Part shown: piece by piece, positions 1 to 13,463 of the stretch | How the letters are laid out: the number at the start of each line of letters is the position of its first letter | Numbering within the stretch: position 1 is the stretch's first letter | Assembly: GCA_020891255.1 (NCBI GenBank) | Contig: BQFW01000015.1 | Span: 1,550,001 to 1,614,000, forward strand | Length of the DNA: 64,000 nucleotides | DNA from: Entomortierella parvispora E1425 | Taxonomy: Eukaryota > Fungi > Mortierellomycota | Direction: 5' to 3' | Program-made: the position numbers and the translations under genes | Notes under the pieces: model-generated | What the model was told of the DNA's origin: nothing | Seen by the model: the letters and a program-made list of their open reading frames with translations, nothing else | Database searches by the model: none

Positions 1-1602
1 ATGTACCTAGCGTGGCTCTTGGCCATCTCGTCCTCACTAATATCCCAGGCCTGCATGTCCTCTTTAGCCAATGCCTCCATGATCAGAGGTACCTCCTTCT
101 TGCGATCCTGGCAAAGAAAAGACATGTAGATCTGGGCCCTCCTGTTGGGTGCGTAGCGATAAGAGAACTCGGTGACCATCAAGGGGTGGATATGCTTGTA
201 GAGTCTCAAGAAAGCGCCAGGTGTCTCGGGGATAACAACAGACATCAAGGCTTCTTTTTGTTCTCCCAAGAGAGCACGTTCTGCTACGAAGCGAAGACGC
301 TCAAAGTTCATGTTGGCACCGGAGGTGACGGCGACACAGGTCTTTTGAGTGAGCTTATGCTCACGCAGGTATTTTTTGCAGGCAGCCACGGCCAGTCCTC
401 CCGCAGGCTCGACAATCGAGCGGGTATCCTCAAAGATGTCCTTGATCGCAGCACAGATCTACACGACAGAAAAGAAGAAAAAAAGATACCAATCAGTCGA
501 TTCATCTCGAGAGAAAGAGAGAGCACTGCACTTCGCCCACTGGACGGAAATCCAGTCTGCACGAGCTTAATTTGGCAGGCAATCGCAAATCACGGGCAAA
601 TGAACGGTGCACGGGAGAGGAGGCAGGGAGGCAGGGTTCAAATGTGTCACAGATAAGAGACTTCTTTCGGCATGCTATTGCCCTTACCTCGTCGTTGGTC
701 ACCTCCACCATCTCGTCCACAAGGTCGCGGCAGAGTCGGAAGGGCTCCTCTCCTACTACCTTGACCGCCGCTCCATCTGCAAACAACCCAACATCGGTCA
801 GGGTCACTCTCTTGCCTACAGCTAAACTTTGAGTCATGGCGTTGGCATCCACGGTTTCGCAACCAATAATCTTGATATGAGGCGCTACCCGCTTCACATA
901 GGCAGCGATTCCAGCAATCAATCCACCGCCACCAACAGAGCAAAAGATGGCATGGATCTCCTGCAGGTTGTGTTGTCTCAAGATCTCAGCGCCAATGGTT
1001 CCCTGCCCTGCGATCACATAAGGATCATCGAACGGTGGGATGTTGGTAAGATTCTCCAAGGCCGACAGACGTTCACATTCGGCTTTAGCCTCGTCAAAGT
1101 TTTTGCCGTGCAAGATCACCCTTGATCCCAGTCTTAATACGTTCCGAGACTTGATTTCGGGCGTAGGGGTCGGCATCACAATGGTAGCCTTGATCCCCAT
1201 CGTCTTGGCAGCCGAGGCCACACCCTGGGCATGGTTTCCGGCCGAACAAGCAATAACACCCCGACTCTTTTCCTCGTCGGTCAGATGTGCCACCTTGTTG
1301 TAGGCTCCACGGATCTTGAAACTGAATACGTCCTGAAGATCCTCCCGTTTAAGATAGATCTGATTATGGGTCCTGTTGGAGAGGTTGACGGCATGGGTCA
1401 AGGGCGTTTGCTTCAAGATCTCGTAGCATCGAGCAGTGAGGATCAGGCGAAGGTAATCTGGATATTGGTTGTCGAGAGGGGAGGGCGAGACACAAATGGG
1501 TGTTCCTGGTAAGGACTTTGTGCGAACGTAGGGAGGTACGTAGGTCGAAGTCTGATCCTTGAGTCCCCCTTCGGCGACGGCGTTTGGTAATGAGGTGGTC
1601 AT
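1..1602 (-). CDS. ILV1: Biosynthetic threonine dehydratase/deaminase, 3' end runs off the window; intron 459-687
   Basis: PLP-lysine motif [16 protein letters not shown] and VGGGGL motifs. Exon 2 (458 down to 1) reads [25 protein letters not shown]...[12 protein letters not shown] into the regulatory domain. Donor GTAAGG and acceptor TAG are in frame. Confidence 0.96.
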
Positions 1603-1835
1603 GGCGTGTGTAATGGTGAAGGGTGGTGATCGAATCGAAAGAGAAAGGAAGAAAGTGAAGTTTTGAGCTTGGACTGGAAGGAGGTTATAGCGATTCGTAG
1701 ATATGGTTTCTCTTCTGTCAATTTACTCATGGGCAGTCACATAGTGAGTAATATATGGCAAGGTGCCTTTTTTATCATAGAGAGCACTGGCCCAAACACC
1801 TATCCTACGTTCTGCAAATGGACACGGGCAAAAGT

Positions 1836-2932
1836 CTAGTAAGGGCGGTAAAAGACCTTGTCCCAGAGCTTTGTATCTTTGAAGGAGCCGCGTCTGTCGA
1901 CAAAGAAGGCCATACGTTCCTTCTTGGATCCCAGCATGATATGAGCGCTCGACCCTTCCTTGAGAGGCGACGTTCCTTGAGGCCCAACATTGGTCAGGAG
2001 CTGCTGTCGGCATTGCATGTCCTGAATTGGGTAGACACGGTGATAGCCTGTGGGGAACTTTCTTCCGGTCTCGATCCGGACCTGAGTTCCGCCGCGCAAC
2101 AATGTCAACTGTGTCACATATCGCCATGGGATCGCACAGATTCCGAATGCAATCACCAGTCCTGTGCCAATCAACCCAGCTGAAATCAAGATGCGAGTGC
2201 GAAGGGGCGCCAGTGGCACATCGACAGGCTCTATTCCCTCAGTGCCTGGAAGTGGAAGTGGTGGTGGTGGTGGCTGGGTGGCAGAAAACATGGGGTTGTC
2301 GGTGTAATGTGTGAAGGCGTACTGGGCAATGTTGCCCCAGAAGATCAGCTGCAATCCTGCGGTTGCGTAGGCTAGCCAAAATGTCTTTTTGAGCGTCTCT
2401 GGTGGCGTATAGAAAACGACATCCCTACAAGTAGAAAGAAAGAAAGAAAAGGAAAATGGTGCAAAAGTACAGACAATCCCCCGGAAGTGTTCGTGTTAGT
2501 CGACCATCCCTCCTCCGGTTACAAGAGAAGTACTCTTGTAGATGCCCTCCTGATAGTTTATGAGCTGATATCAACAGCGACTTACTGCTTTGAGCACATG
2601 TCGGCTAATTGACGGGAAAAGTTGGTGTTTGAACCAGCGCTTCCAGCAGCGGCCCTCTTGGCCGTCCATGATCCTGTCGTCGCAGCCGAAGTGGCTGCTG
2701 TCGCAGCTGCTGGAGATGAAGTGGCGATAGAAGAAGGCGAGAGAGTTGCGTTGGGGTTCTTTGACTCTGGATGTGAGTATTTGAAAGGCGTGGTCTTTTT
2801 CGTGGAACCGCGTCCAGAGGCCGTGGCGAAAAAGCGGAACCGTGCGGCCGATGCATTGACCGTGGGGGTCGCGAGTCCAACAACTTTGCCGAGTCCCAGT
2901 GTTGATGGTGTGAATGAGTGAATCCTGATCAT
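1836..2932 (-). CDS. TMEM223-like mitochondrial inner-membrane protein; intron 2425-2585
   Basis: ATG at 2932 followed by an Arg/Ser/Ala-rich presequence-like N-terminus. Spliced exon 2 reads DVVFYTPP...FWLAYATAGLQLIFWGNIAQYAF, with a second TM segment and RYVTQLTLLRGGTQVRIET, resembling the TMEM223 family. Confidence 0.7.
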
Positions 2933-3112
2933 GTCCTGAAGCTGCTTTGGTGTTGTTAAGAGATTAGGATGCAATGCGTGGGAAGCTCATTGTCATTCCG
3001 TCATTGATCAGATCACATTAGATCTCCGGGTGGCAACGCCACCAATTTTTTTAGTTGATTTCAATGATAAGTTTATGGTAGTATTGTACAATGCAGTAAG
3101 GGTGAAGCTAAT

Positions 3113-4228
3113 CTAGTAACCGGCGGCCTCTGCCTCCGCATCATCTGCCGCAGCATCGTCATCATCGGCTCCTCCTGAACGATCCAAGGCATTGCGAGCC
3201 TTCATCATCCTATAGTTCTCAATGGCCTTCTTTCGCTCCTCCTCCAGAATACGTCTTCCGGCTGGCGTCATGTTCTTCATCTTTGACTTCTTGGCCTCAT
3301 CCTTCTTGTCGCCCAAGATATCTGCCAGCTTTCTCTTCTTCTTGGGGTCGGCTCCAGCGGCATCCACGACCATGTCCTCAAAGTCTTCCTCACCGGGGGT
3401 ATTCTTCCACTTCTTGTTGGCCATAAAGTCATCGTTCCTGCGCTTCTTGGGAACAGCGGTCAAGATGGGTGGTGCCTCTGCTACTTCGTTCAAGCGGACC
3501 TTGTCGTGAATGGTCTCATACTCCTGGTATGCCTTCTCTTCCTGTGCCTTGAGCTTCTTGGCCTGCTCTTTTGCCTTCAACTTCTCAAAGTACCTAGGGA
3601 AAATAAATTCAAGGGTGGTTAGAGAAAAATGATCTACACAAGGCACTGATCTCGTACCCTCTATGCAATCATCAAACAACGCTCCTTTCAAGTGTTTGTC
3701 CATGCCAGATAAAGCGTTCCTTACTTCTTCTTTTTGCTTCCCTCGGCAGTGTTGTCTTTGGTAGACTTCAAGAGCTTGTCACGCATGTGATCGTCCACAC
3801 GACGGGAGAATTCACCCATCTTTTCACCAGGTTGAATTCGGAGCTCATCCATGGCTGAGGGCTTTTTAGCGTTGGGGTTGTTGTTTTCGGCAGGCGCAGA
3901 CTTGTCGCCCTTCTTGCCCTTGCCCTTGGGCAATCCCAGATCCTCCGATGAAAATCCACGACGCTGTTCCATTGATTCCTTTTTGTACATGATTCTAGAA
4001 AAGCCCTTGGGGGTATCGCTCACTGCGTTCTTGAAAGGCGACTCATCGAATCTAGAGAGACACCACAGATAGAGAGTTAGACGACCGAACGGCAAACTGA
4101 GCGACTCGACTTTTCTTGTAAAAGACGTGTCTATTCTCATTCTGAGCTGATGAGTCTGGTGTAGTGTTTTACCCCCTGGAGTTGCGGTCTGCGACACGCT
4201 CTGAAAACTTTTTGCGTTTGTGACCCAT
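3113..4228 (-). CDS. CCDC137-like basic coiled-coil (probably nucleolar) protein, 3 exons
   Basis: Spliced model MGHKRKK...DTPKGFSRIM...IQPGEKMGEFSRRVD...DKVRLNEVAEAPPIL...LEEERKKAIENYRMMK. GT-AG introns are in frame. Motifs resemble CCDC137 homologues. Confidence 0.65.
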
Positions 4229-4380
4229 GTTTGAGAGATGCTGTTCAAGGAATGGGAGAGAAGAATGGCGTTGAATGCATGCTCTCCTCACAAAAAAAAG
4301 AAAAAGACAACAACCTTTTGCCAAAGGCAGTCACTGGGTCCGAAAAATTGGTGGCAATATGAGCATTTTATTTTTTCTGC

Positions 4381-6812
4381 TCACTCCTTCAAGGCCTTGA
4401 GCACGCGTTCCTTCATCCAGAAACACTGCTGAACAGAACTGTCATCAGTTTCCATCCTAAACTGGTTCAAGTAGGAATCACCTTGACCTGGACTCAGTAT
4501 ATTTGCTTTTTGCGCCGCGTCGAAAAAGAATGTGAGCTCGGCAAAGATCGTATTCACGACCCATGACACAAATCCGCCTCCCTGCTCAGATCTTTGGACG
4601 CCCCGTGGGCCACGTCTGTCTTGACTTGGACGATTGCTGAATCCCTCATGCAACGGGTCTTGGCCGGGAGAAGGGAAAACTACGGCCTTTGTGACCGGCT
4701 GGAACGCGGCCGATACGTCGGGTGGGGGCACGTACATGTTCAGTCCGGATTGTTTAGCCGCAGGCGTGGAAGGTGGACGCAAAGGAAAAGGTTTTGGAGC
4801 TTCTGGGATGTTTGAAGAAAGATCTCCGAGGGCCCCCAACAAGAATGGCACCATATTTTGAGGTAGACCAATGGCGCCACGAAGCTGATCGATCAAGAAC
4901 TCTTTCACGCTGGTGAACCGTTTCCAGAACAGATCTAAAATTTCCTTCAGGAAGATCTCCCAGTGCCTCTTCAGACATTCAAGGGCCATAGCTCCAATAC
5001 GAGCATCCCAAATATCCTTGAAAAACACCGATCCATCTGGTTGAACCAAAGTGGCTCGATCCTCCATAGCCAGCCTACGGGCCAAACTGTCGTCCCCGTT
5101 TGCATCCTTGCCATCAATGTGGGCTCCCGGAGTCGTTGAACAAAGCCAGAACAAAAGGTTTCGAAGATCGGCCCGCAGCTGTAGAATAAACGGAGGCGCG
5201 AGAACGTTTAGAATCTTTTGAAAAAACACGGCCGCAACAGAGGGCGGTGCTGGGGAGGGACTGGGGGCCTTGGACACGTCAGAGCCGGTGGGTGTGGGTG
5301 TGCCGTCCTCTGCTTTGAAGATGGCCTCGGCGCGCGAGACCGCTTTTGGGTTTCGGAAGAGCAGGATGCGCTGATCCTTCTGGCCGAGGTCCCGCTCCTG
5401 TTCCATGATCTTGGAATGAGTAAACGATTCGAGATTGAGTTTTTCTTCAGCTTTAATGTTGGCGTTCAACAAGTACTCGACGACATCCTTGTGCTGCTCC
5501 AATTCTGGGCTCGTGGCAATCTTGTTGGCGATTTGGGATAGAGCTCTTTCAAGAGAATCAGATTGCTCATCCACAATGGCATTGATGGCAGCTTCGAGAT
5601 CCTCTGGCCGTGCCTCGCTCTTGCTCTTTGTTTCCTTTTTGCCGCCCTTGCCTTTTGTTCCCTTTGCATGTTTGTTGTTGGTCTTCTCTGCAGGCTGTTT
5701 TGCTTTGCGTTTTTCCAGTTCAGGCTGAAGAGGGTACATGGTCTTCACTGGATCCGGAACTTTGACGCTTCGAGCAATGTCGATGATCTCTTTCAGCGTC
5801 AGTTTGGGCTCTGTCGTCTTGGACTCTTTCTCGAAATCATTGTTGGGAGGATGAACTGCTCTGGGCTGATGTGGTGGGATATGTTGAATGTTGCCACCAG
5901 CGGCAATTCGACTGCGACGCAAAAGGTTCGAGATCTTTTTCTGACTGACTCGGTGATGATGATGTCGCTGTTGAGATCCCTTGCTGTTGCCTTTTGTCTT
6001 TATGGATCTACGGGCCAGATCTTTTATCAGAAAGAGTCGATTAGTCGTCAACGATCAGCTTGAGATACATTACTCTTTCTTCTTGACTTACTGTCGTCTT
6101 CGTCTTCGTCAGCTTCGTCCTCGTCATTTTCATCGCGATAATCCTCATCTTCATAGTCCTCATCTTCATAGTCCTGACCTTCATCGACCTCATCTTCATT
6201 GACGGAAATGGCCCAGTTACTTTCATCGTTTTCAGTACCCTCATCCGCTATTTCTTCTTCACCAGTAAAGATCTCTCCTTCGGCGATACCTCGAGTTAGG
6301 GTACTGTCTTCGGACATATCGGACAATTTCTTCTTTTCTGTCTCGATAACCTTGGGTTTATCAGCGGTGCTCTGATATCCCTTCTTCTTGTGGGAGCCAG
6401 ATTCACCATGTTTGTCCCTGGTGTCCCCATTATCATCTTCTTTTTCCTCCTCTTCTTCTGTGTCCTCGTCTTCTTCATCATCGTCGTGTTTACTATCTAC
6501 TTTGCCAGACTTGCCCAGGTCAGGCTCTTTGCGATCTTGGTCCCTGTCCTGCACTTCAGGAGAACTGTCTGGGAAAGGGACTTGATCCTCTATTGCAGGA
6601 GGCTCAAGGTGAGGAGAAGGGGTCGGCACTAGCGAGAATATTGTCGGCGAGATTGTCGGCGGCACAAGAATGGGGTGTATGGAAGTGGCAAGACTAGGAG
6701 ATTGGACGGCGATGGGTACTTTTGGGGTAGGGTGAGAGAAGAGCAGCGAGACACTATAGATGGCGACACCGACCAGGGCTGGTACCAGCATCAAGGAAAG
6801 AAGAGATACCAT
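4381..6812 (-). CDS. Hypothetical protein with N-terminal signal anchor, acidic tract, Lys-rich segment and helical C-terminal domain; intron 6021-6091 joins two ORF-track ORFs
   Basis: Donor GTAAGT, branch CTAAT and acceptor AAAG join ORF 6048-6812 to ORF 4381-6051 in frame. Hydrophobic N-terminus MVSLLSLMLVPALVGVAIYSVSLLF. Confidence 0.75.
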
Positions 6813-7309
6813 GTTCTCCTTGCAGAATTCAAAGAACAGGCCTTGAGGGGGATAAAAGAGTAAGGAACTGAAAGAATGGAAAGAGAGAAAGATAGGGAGA
6901 AGGGAATAGAAAAAAGATGACGAGAGAGAGAGCTTTGACCTCTACGCGCCTGTGCCAGTGCAAGGTGGAACTCTTGAAAATGTGCGCAAGTCGCGCGAAT
7001 GGCTGTGCACATGGCTGTGCGCATGCAATCGCACGGGACAATCCCGGAGAGAAGGGCTTGCTGCGAGAAGAAAGATACCCACCGAATCGCGTCCCACAAT
7101 AAAAGAGCTTGCATAGAAAAACGCGTCCTTGGAAGGGCGAAGCGACGCCGTTGCGGAGATGAGATGACAAGAGCCCCCGCCCTGTTTAATTGGGGAAAGA
7201 GTACCGCTGGCGCGAACTCTCTTGCCCCCCTCTTTCTTCTTTCCCATAAGCCATCCCTTTCCCCTCATTCTCTCCCATTCCATTCCCACGCAAGCCCTGA
7301 ACAGAAAGA

Positions 7310-8321
7310 ATGGCACCCGCAGGACTCGCATGCTTCGACTTTGACTGGTGAGTGCATGCCTGCTAATCAGCCGCCATCCCACTCTCCCCTTCATTCACTC
7401 TAACAACCTATACTTGCTCTTCTTTTTCTTTGACCTGGCTGGCTTCACAGGTCCCTGATCGAGACCGACTCGGACCGTTTTGTCATCGAGTACCTCTCTC
7501 CAGCCCTCAGGAAAAAACTGGACGAGCGAGCCATGCAGTGGACCGATCTTCAGTATGTTGTTACCCTGAAAGAGCTATCCTCAATTGCTTTCATGGTTGT
7601 CTGACATGCCTTTCTCTGCCTTCATAGAAACGAGTGCCTCAAAGAGTTTCATGAACAAGGTGGCTCTAGTCAATTGGTCCGGGAATCTCTTACCAAGGTC
7701 CCCATGGACTCGGACATGATCAAGACCTGCCATCTTTTGTACGAGAGAGGTTGGGATCTTGCCATTGTATCGGATGCCAACTCGGTGTACATTGAATCGA
7801 TCTTGGAGGTAAAAGATCGAGTTTTTTTTTTTTTTTTTTTGTGGAATTGATGACAAAAGAAACAATTCACGTCAAGGCTGATCGGTAGATACTCTTCCCT
7901 CAAACTGTAGCACTATGGAATCAGACACTTGTTTTCAGCCATTGTGACCAACCCCGCCTTCTGGGACGCCGAAGGCCGTCTTCACATCCATCGCTTGACA
8001 CCCGCAGATGTCCCTCATGGATGCCCTCTCGGAGTCTGCAGTCTCAACATTTGCAAAGGACAGGAAGTTGATAAGTTGGTGCAACAGCGTCTGGGACCAA
8101 ACTCTGCCAACGGTAGCACTTTAAAGATGCTCTATGTGGGCGATGGTCAGAACGATTACTGTCCAGCGTTGAGGATGAAGAACCCAGAGGACTTGTACTT
8201 TGTCAGGAAAGGCCGGTCCTTGGAAAAGTATCTGGAAAAGAACAGTGCGGCCAAAGATGCCCTCCCTTCCAGGATCGTCTACTGGTCCTCTGCCAGCGAC
8301 ATTTTGAAAACTATTCAGTAG
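7310..8321 (+). CDS. HAD-superfamily PHOSPHO1/PHOSPHO2-type phosphatase (pyridoxal-phosphate/phosphoethanolamine phosphatase-like), 4 exons
   Basis: Motif I FDFDW in exon 1 (ATG 7310, donor GTGAGT), then SLIETDSD, IVSDANSVYI, NICKG and motif IV YVGDGQNDYCP. Confidence 0.9.
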
Positions 8322-8461
8322 AAAGAATACAATTGTCCCTTTAGACGTTAGAAATCACAAAGACAGAGATATAAAGTGTTTTACTCCCTCCCACTCTCTC
8401 TCTCTCCTTTCCAGGTCGACAAGATGGATCTAATGAGCGATTTTATTTTTTTCTTCAATAT

Positions 8462-11400
8462 TTATGCCCAGGTAAGAATCAAAAACTCTCTAAAGGCCGA
8501 AAGAACCGTCTTAAGATCCTTGGCCACGATCTGCTCCCGGAATAGAATCTCTTCGACATGGTGTTGTCCATCGAAATAATGAATCAACCTGAACAGCAAC
8601 AGTGGGAGAAGAAAACGATTAACATACGCGACAGAGAAATCGTAGATAAAAGTCAATTGCAGCCCATTCCTTCTTACCTCATAAACAGCTCAGCGACACT
8701 CTGGGGTTGGTTTTCGCACATCCGCATCACCCATTCCCTTTCTGTTTCGGAAGCCTGTCCAGGATTAGAGAGGATTGAACTGGCATCCTGTCTTTTACCG
8801 TAGAGTCGTCCGAAAGGGCTTCCGGTACTCATGTGTGATTTAAAACTGGAGCTGATCATTCCGACTCCCCCCGCTCCAGAGACACTGGCGCTCACGAGTC
8901 CAATCGCGCCTGCTCCAACACTGTTTGCGCTTGAAGGTCCGCCTTGGAGTGCAGGCCCGGAGGACGAGGCTCCAGGTCCAGTCGCATCCCCTGTCTTTGG
9001 GCCAGTTAAGGATCGGTTATGGTAGCGGTAGGTCTGAGAAGGCATCGTTTGTTGCTGTTGCTGTTGCTTTTGCATTTGCTGATGCTGCTGGTGTTGAAGT
9101 AGTTGTTGCTGCTGTAGCAATGCAAAATCTGCGCTCTTTGCACTCGTTCCATGTTGGTGGAGCAAAGTCGGGGATTCCAAAGTAGGTGTCAAGGTGCCTC
9201 CATTCATGTGGCTTCCATGGCTTTGACTGAACAGGTTACTGTTCTCCTCGCTCATCAAGTGCTCGTACTCTTCCGCCGAGCAGCCCAATTTGATGTATTC
9301 GGGTACCAAGACCAAAATGTATGTGTGCAACTGAACCACCAGATCCTTGCGGAGCAAATAGGTCAACATTTCCAAGTAGACTGTCTGCACTTCTTTGTCC
9401 CTTCCTGCACCGGGTATATGTGCCTTGTAGGCCTTGGGTGTTGACAGCTCATGAAGGACCGAAGGTAAAGAAAGTGTCGGAAAGTGTTGAGAAAAATCAT
9501 TCACTAGATTCCTATATTGACAACAGTGCGGGATACACCCATCAACCGTTAGTTCGACTCTGTCAACGTGTGGCATGTCTCTCACGTACTCGATCATTCG
9601 AACGTACTCGTTGATTCCAGCTTGCGGCGCCACCACATAGACATTGCTAATACGGATCTGATCAATCAGCTTGGCCTTTCTCCAGTAGATTAGGTGGGAT
9701 GCTAAACGATAAATCTGGGCCATGGAGCAATCTAAGATATATTGCAGTTCGTCCAAGCTATTAAAAGAGAGGTTTGGTCAATTCAGTATGCCACTCATAT
9801 GCTTCTTCGCTACAAAAAATAAATCTAGAAGCTTACCACTGGTATGGCACTAAAATTTGGACCAGCTTCACAAGCGTCGGACTGGCATCCAGCGGGATAT
9901 CCTTCAAAATTTCCTCTGGATCCTCCAGTAGAAGCAACGTATGATACGGAAACAGGATAGGAAAGTTCTCGTACTCGTAGGCAATTCCGACCTCGTAGTC
10001 GTCCATCATGTAACCCATTCCGCCAATGCCTCCGTACTGTGAGACGAAGGGCGTCATCAGAGCCTGCTGTGAAGCCGCGATATTGCTGTTACTGCCATTG
10101 AAGGTATTAGTCCCAGCAACGGCCGGGGAAGAAGTTACTCCTGTATTGGTTCCGTTCGTTGTCGGACTGTCGCCGTTGAGTGAACGTTGGATTTGACGAG
10201 TAATGTATGAGCTAGCCCGCGGCAGAGGCGCCAAATGAGGTATTTGGAGAGAAATGTCGATAGAGTCGTTCAAAACCACATGGCAGACCTTGTCTGCAGA
10301 AATACAATCGTAGATGGATCGAACAGCGCGGGCGAGTGAAGATGCGGCCAAAACTTGTTCATGGAACTTTTCTAAAGTCAAGGCTAATCATGGCAAAAAA
10401 ATAATAAACCAGGCCCATTGTAAGTATCAACATCGCTTGAGCATCCTTTTTTGTGACCTATTTCGACAGGGAAAACACGAACCTGATTGAGCTGCCTCCT
10501 CCCGGATGCCCAAGATTTTGGTGGCTTCCTGACTAACATATTGACTGTTGAGTTCCTCATATCTTAGAGCTGCTGTCAGTTTACAAGCAATGTTCTTGTA
10601 TACTTGATCCGCCGCCGAATTGAGTTGAAGCTCGGGAGGCTTTAACACGAACACAACGTGAAAGAACGACATTTGTTGAACGTAGGCTGAGGGTGTCGTT
10701 ACGGTATGGGAAAAGATGCTAGACACATTCCCTTGCGTAATTTGAATTGGTGGAGGGATCGCCAGATGGGAAGAAAAGGTGTTGCCCTGAACTCCTCCTA
10801 TAGGGGTCTGAGGCATCGACATGGGGTGGTGAAGGAGTGAAGGTGTAGCTGATGCAAAACTGGACTGATGAGCGAGAGACGGCGTATTCTGCTGTTGATT
10901 CTGAATCGATTGAGGACTATCCCCCGATGATGGCGACGTTGGATTGGAGTTGTAGGTATGGCTTCTAAACCGTTGTTGACGCCATCCAGCGGGATCTGTC
11001 GAAGATCGTGCGGCCGTGCTGCTATCAGGCTCTTCCTTGGATCCACGACGTATCATCATCTCTTTGACTACAGATGTTGCTGCTGTCGCCGTTGCTGTTG
11101 CTGCTCCAGTTCCGGCTCCTAACCCTGATACTCCGTCCTTTGCGCCTTTACTTGTTACAGAACCTCGACCGGAATCACCCTCGTCATTCGAGTCCTCGCC
11201 ATAAAAATCCGAGTCGGAATCATCGTCATCTCCCAAGAATGGCGCCGCTCCTCCGACGATCCAGCCGCGCTTGACCTTCTCCTTTGGGGGTTTTGAGGCT
11301 CGCCACTTCCAATAGTCCCGTCTCTGTCGAAATTCGGGTCCGCTCATCGAGACGGGGTGTCCGATAAATGTCAAGTCGTCCACTGTCAGTTGGAACCGCT

Positions 11401-11647
11401 TGTCGCATAGCGCCAGCTTCGGTGAAAGCAGGTTGGCGAGGAACTGGGGATCGTAACCAAGGACCTTGGATGTGACCTGGAACTCCTCTGTGGTCGCCTG
11501 CGACGTGGACGAGGTTGCCTGGGCCTGGTAGGGCCGTCCTGAGGAGTCGTCTGGCGTGATGCCGCCTCTTTCCCGCGGGTACTTGTACACGAAATGATGG
11601 CCTCTGCTCGAATTCGTGACGATGATGATGCCAACGAGGCCATCCAT
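8462..11647 (-). CDS. NPR3: Nitrogen permease regulator 3 (GATOR1/SEACIT subunit), multi-exon
   Basis: Longin-like start MDGLVGIIIVTNSSRGHHFVYKYP, then LANLLSPKLALCDKRFQLTVDDLTFIGHPV, MSFFHVVFVL, KLTAALRYEE, PYHTLLLL, QIYRLASHLIYWRKAKLI and the C-terminal YFDGQHHVEEILFRE. Confidence 0.93.
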
Positions 11648-11909
11648 GCTGGCGAATGTGGTGTTGTTCAACGAGTGTGGAGTCGAGAGATGTTGACAGA
11701 GAAAGAGAGAGAGAGAAACGATGCATGAAGCAATGCAAACGCGGTTGCATTTGACCCTTGCATTCATTCCACTCTTTGGCCGTCACAAATTCTTTCCTTG
11801 GGCCCTTCAGAGGGTGGTATTCAAAGTGCTTTTTTTTTATTGCTCCTGTTTTGTAACAACCAGAGGTTCCTTCAGGACGTTCTTTTCTGTCCTGTCTGGC
11901 GAAATCCAC

Positions 11910-13169
11910 CTACGAAATATCCATGGCCTCAGTCGTGACAACGTGGACAGTCTCCTTGATATCAACAAAGTCGCGGATCGAAGACTTGAGCACCTGGGTC
12001 GTGCCAGGAGGGAACTTGTAGCTATTATGGACAGTCGATCACCAGCAGTTGTTAGTGTTTACAGGTTCAACACAATAGAAAAAAGATAGTATAGTGGCTG
12101 CATATCCCAATTCGTACCTTGCTTCCTTCACTCCACGCTCGTTGGGCTTGCCATAGTTACGGAGCACCTCGACCTTTTCACTGTTGATCACAACAACATC
12201 TACATTTGATCCTGATCCGAGATCGTTGAAGATACCAGCCTCAATGGCGTCCTGAACCAAGGCAATAGCATCCTCACGCTAATACAGTAGATGAATACAG
12301 AGTTTCAGAAGCAATCCTCTAAAGCACAACTGATGTGTACTAGTCCATCTTGCAATCAAAACTCACCTCCATATCTGCGACGAAACGACTTTCAAAGACA
12401 CTCATAGCAGCAAGAGATCCTGAGCCCATGGTGACATATGGGAGCTTATCCGTGCTTCCGTGTGGGTAAATTGTGTAAAGATGTGGTCCATTGATGTCAA
12501 CTCCTCCCAGAATCAGGGCGGCTCCGATTTGTCCTTGGTACCTAAAATTTGCCGTACAAAGGGAAATGTTAATCTACTGCTAACTGGAGATCTCGCCACT
12601 GAAAGTGAACATCTCAGCCGACCCTTACTTGAACAACATCTGCTTCAACATGGTCATGGCAGTGACCACGCGTGCCTGTCGTCCTGTGCTCAAGCGGTGA
12701 AGTTCCAATTGACTGCTGATCAAGGCGGTCGTCATCTCTGTGTCTGCTGCTGTACCAGCTCCACAGCAGTACATGTTGGGAGCCAAGTAATGAATCTTTT
12801 CACAGTTCTTGTCGGCGACAATGGGCCCAGCCGTGGCACGGGTATCAGCACCGAGAACAAGTCCATCCTTGTAAATTAAACCAACGATAGTTGTTCCTGT
12901 CTTGGTCGCCTTGGGAATGCCGAGGCCTTTGCCCTCCATGACAGTATTACTATAGAACCAAAAAAGACATCAAGTACTGTTAGTCGCTGCCAGTTGTTGA
13001 CGCGTCTCTTGCATTATTCTTCCGCCCGAGGAGATGACCCATCTACTCCTTGGGAAGAAGAGAAATGAATAAAAGTCGCGTTCCACGTCCAATGGTTCGT
13101 TTCTCTTTACCGAACATGGTTGTCAAAGTTGAACCCGCCCTTGGTCTGAGAAGGCAGTCTTGCGGTCAT
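11910..13169 (-). CDS. PUP1: 20S proteasome beta-2 subunit (trypsin-like), multi-exon
   Basis: Propeptide GGFNFDN, KTG|TTIVG catalytic Thr, [33 protein letters not shown]. Last exon [10 protein letters not shown]...MDIS-stop. Confidence 0.97.
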
Positions 13170-13333
13170 AGCGATGGTCTGTTTCTGCTTTGTGTCGGGT
13201 GGTCGTATAGATGGTGAGAAGAGAAGAAGGAGCAATGGTCGTATGAGTGGAAATGAATGCAAAGAACAGAGCGGAACGCGCACCTTTTCCTGTCCGTCTG
13301 TCTGACAAGTCCCTCTTACGTGGGAGGGGATTA

Positions 13334-13407
13334 GGTGGCAGAAGCGCGCCAAAAATGGCAGGTATATGTCACGGTACTACTATCATCGCATGCACTATGT
13401 CACGTGA
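13334..13407. promoter_or_regulatory. PACE-like GGTGGCAGA (13334-13342) and E-box GTCACGTGA (13399-13407) upstream of PUP1
   Basis: One mismatch to the Rpn4 PACE element GGTGGCAAA, 165 bp upstream of a proteasome gene, plus a CACGTG bHLH site. Function is inferred only. Confidence 0.35.
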
Positions 13408-13463
13408 TTCGTGCTGGATTACCGATTCATAGTAGAAAATAACCTTCAGCTTATATATGAGAA

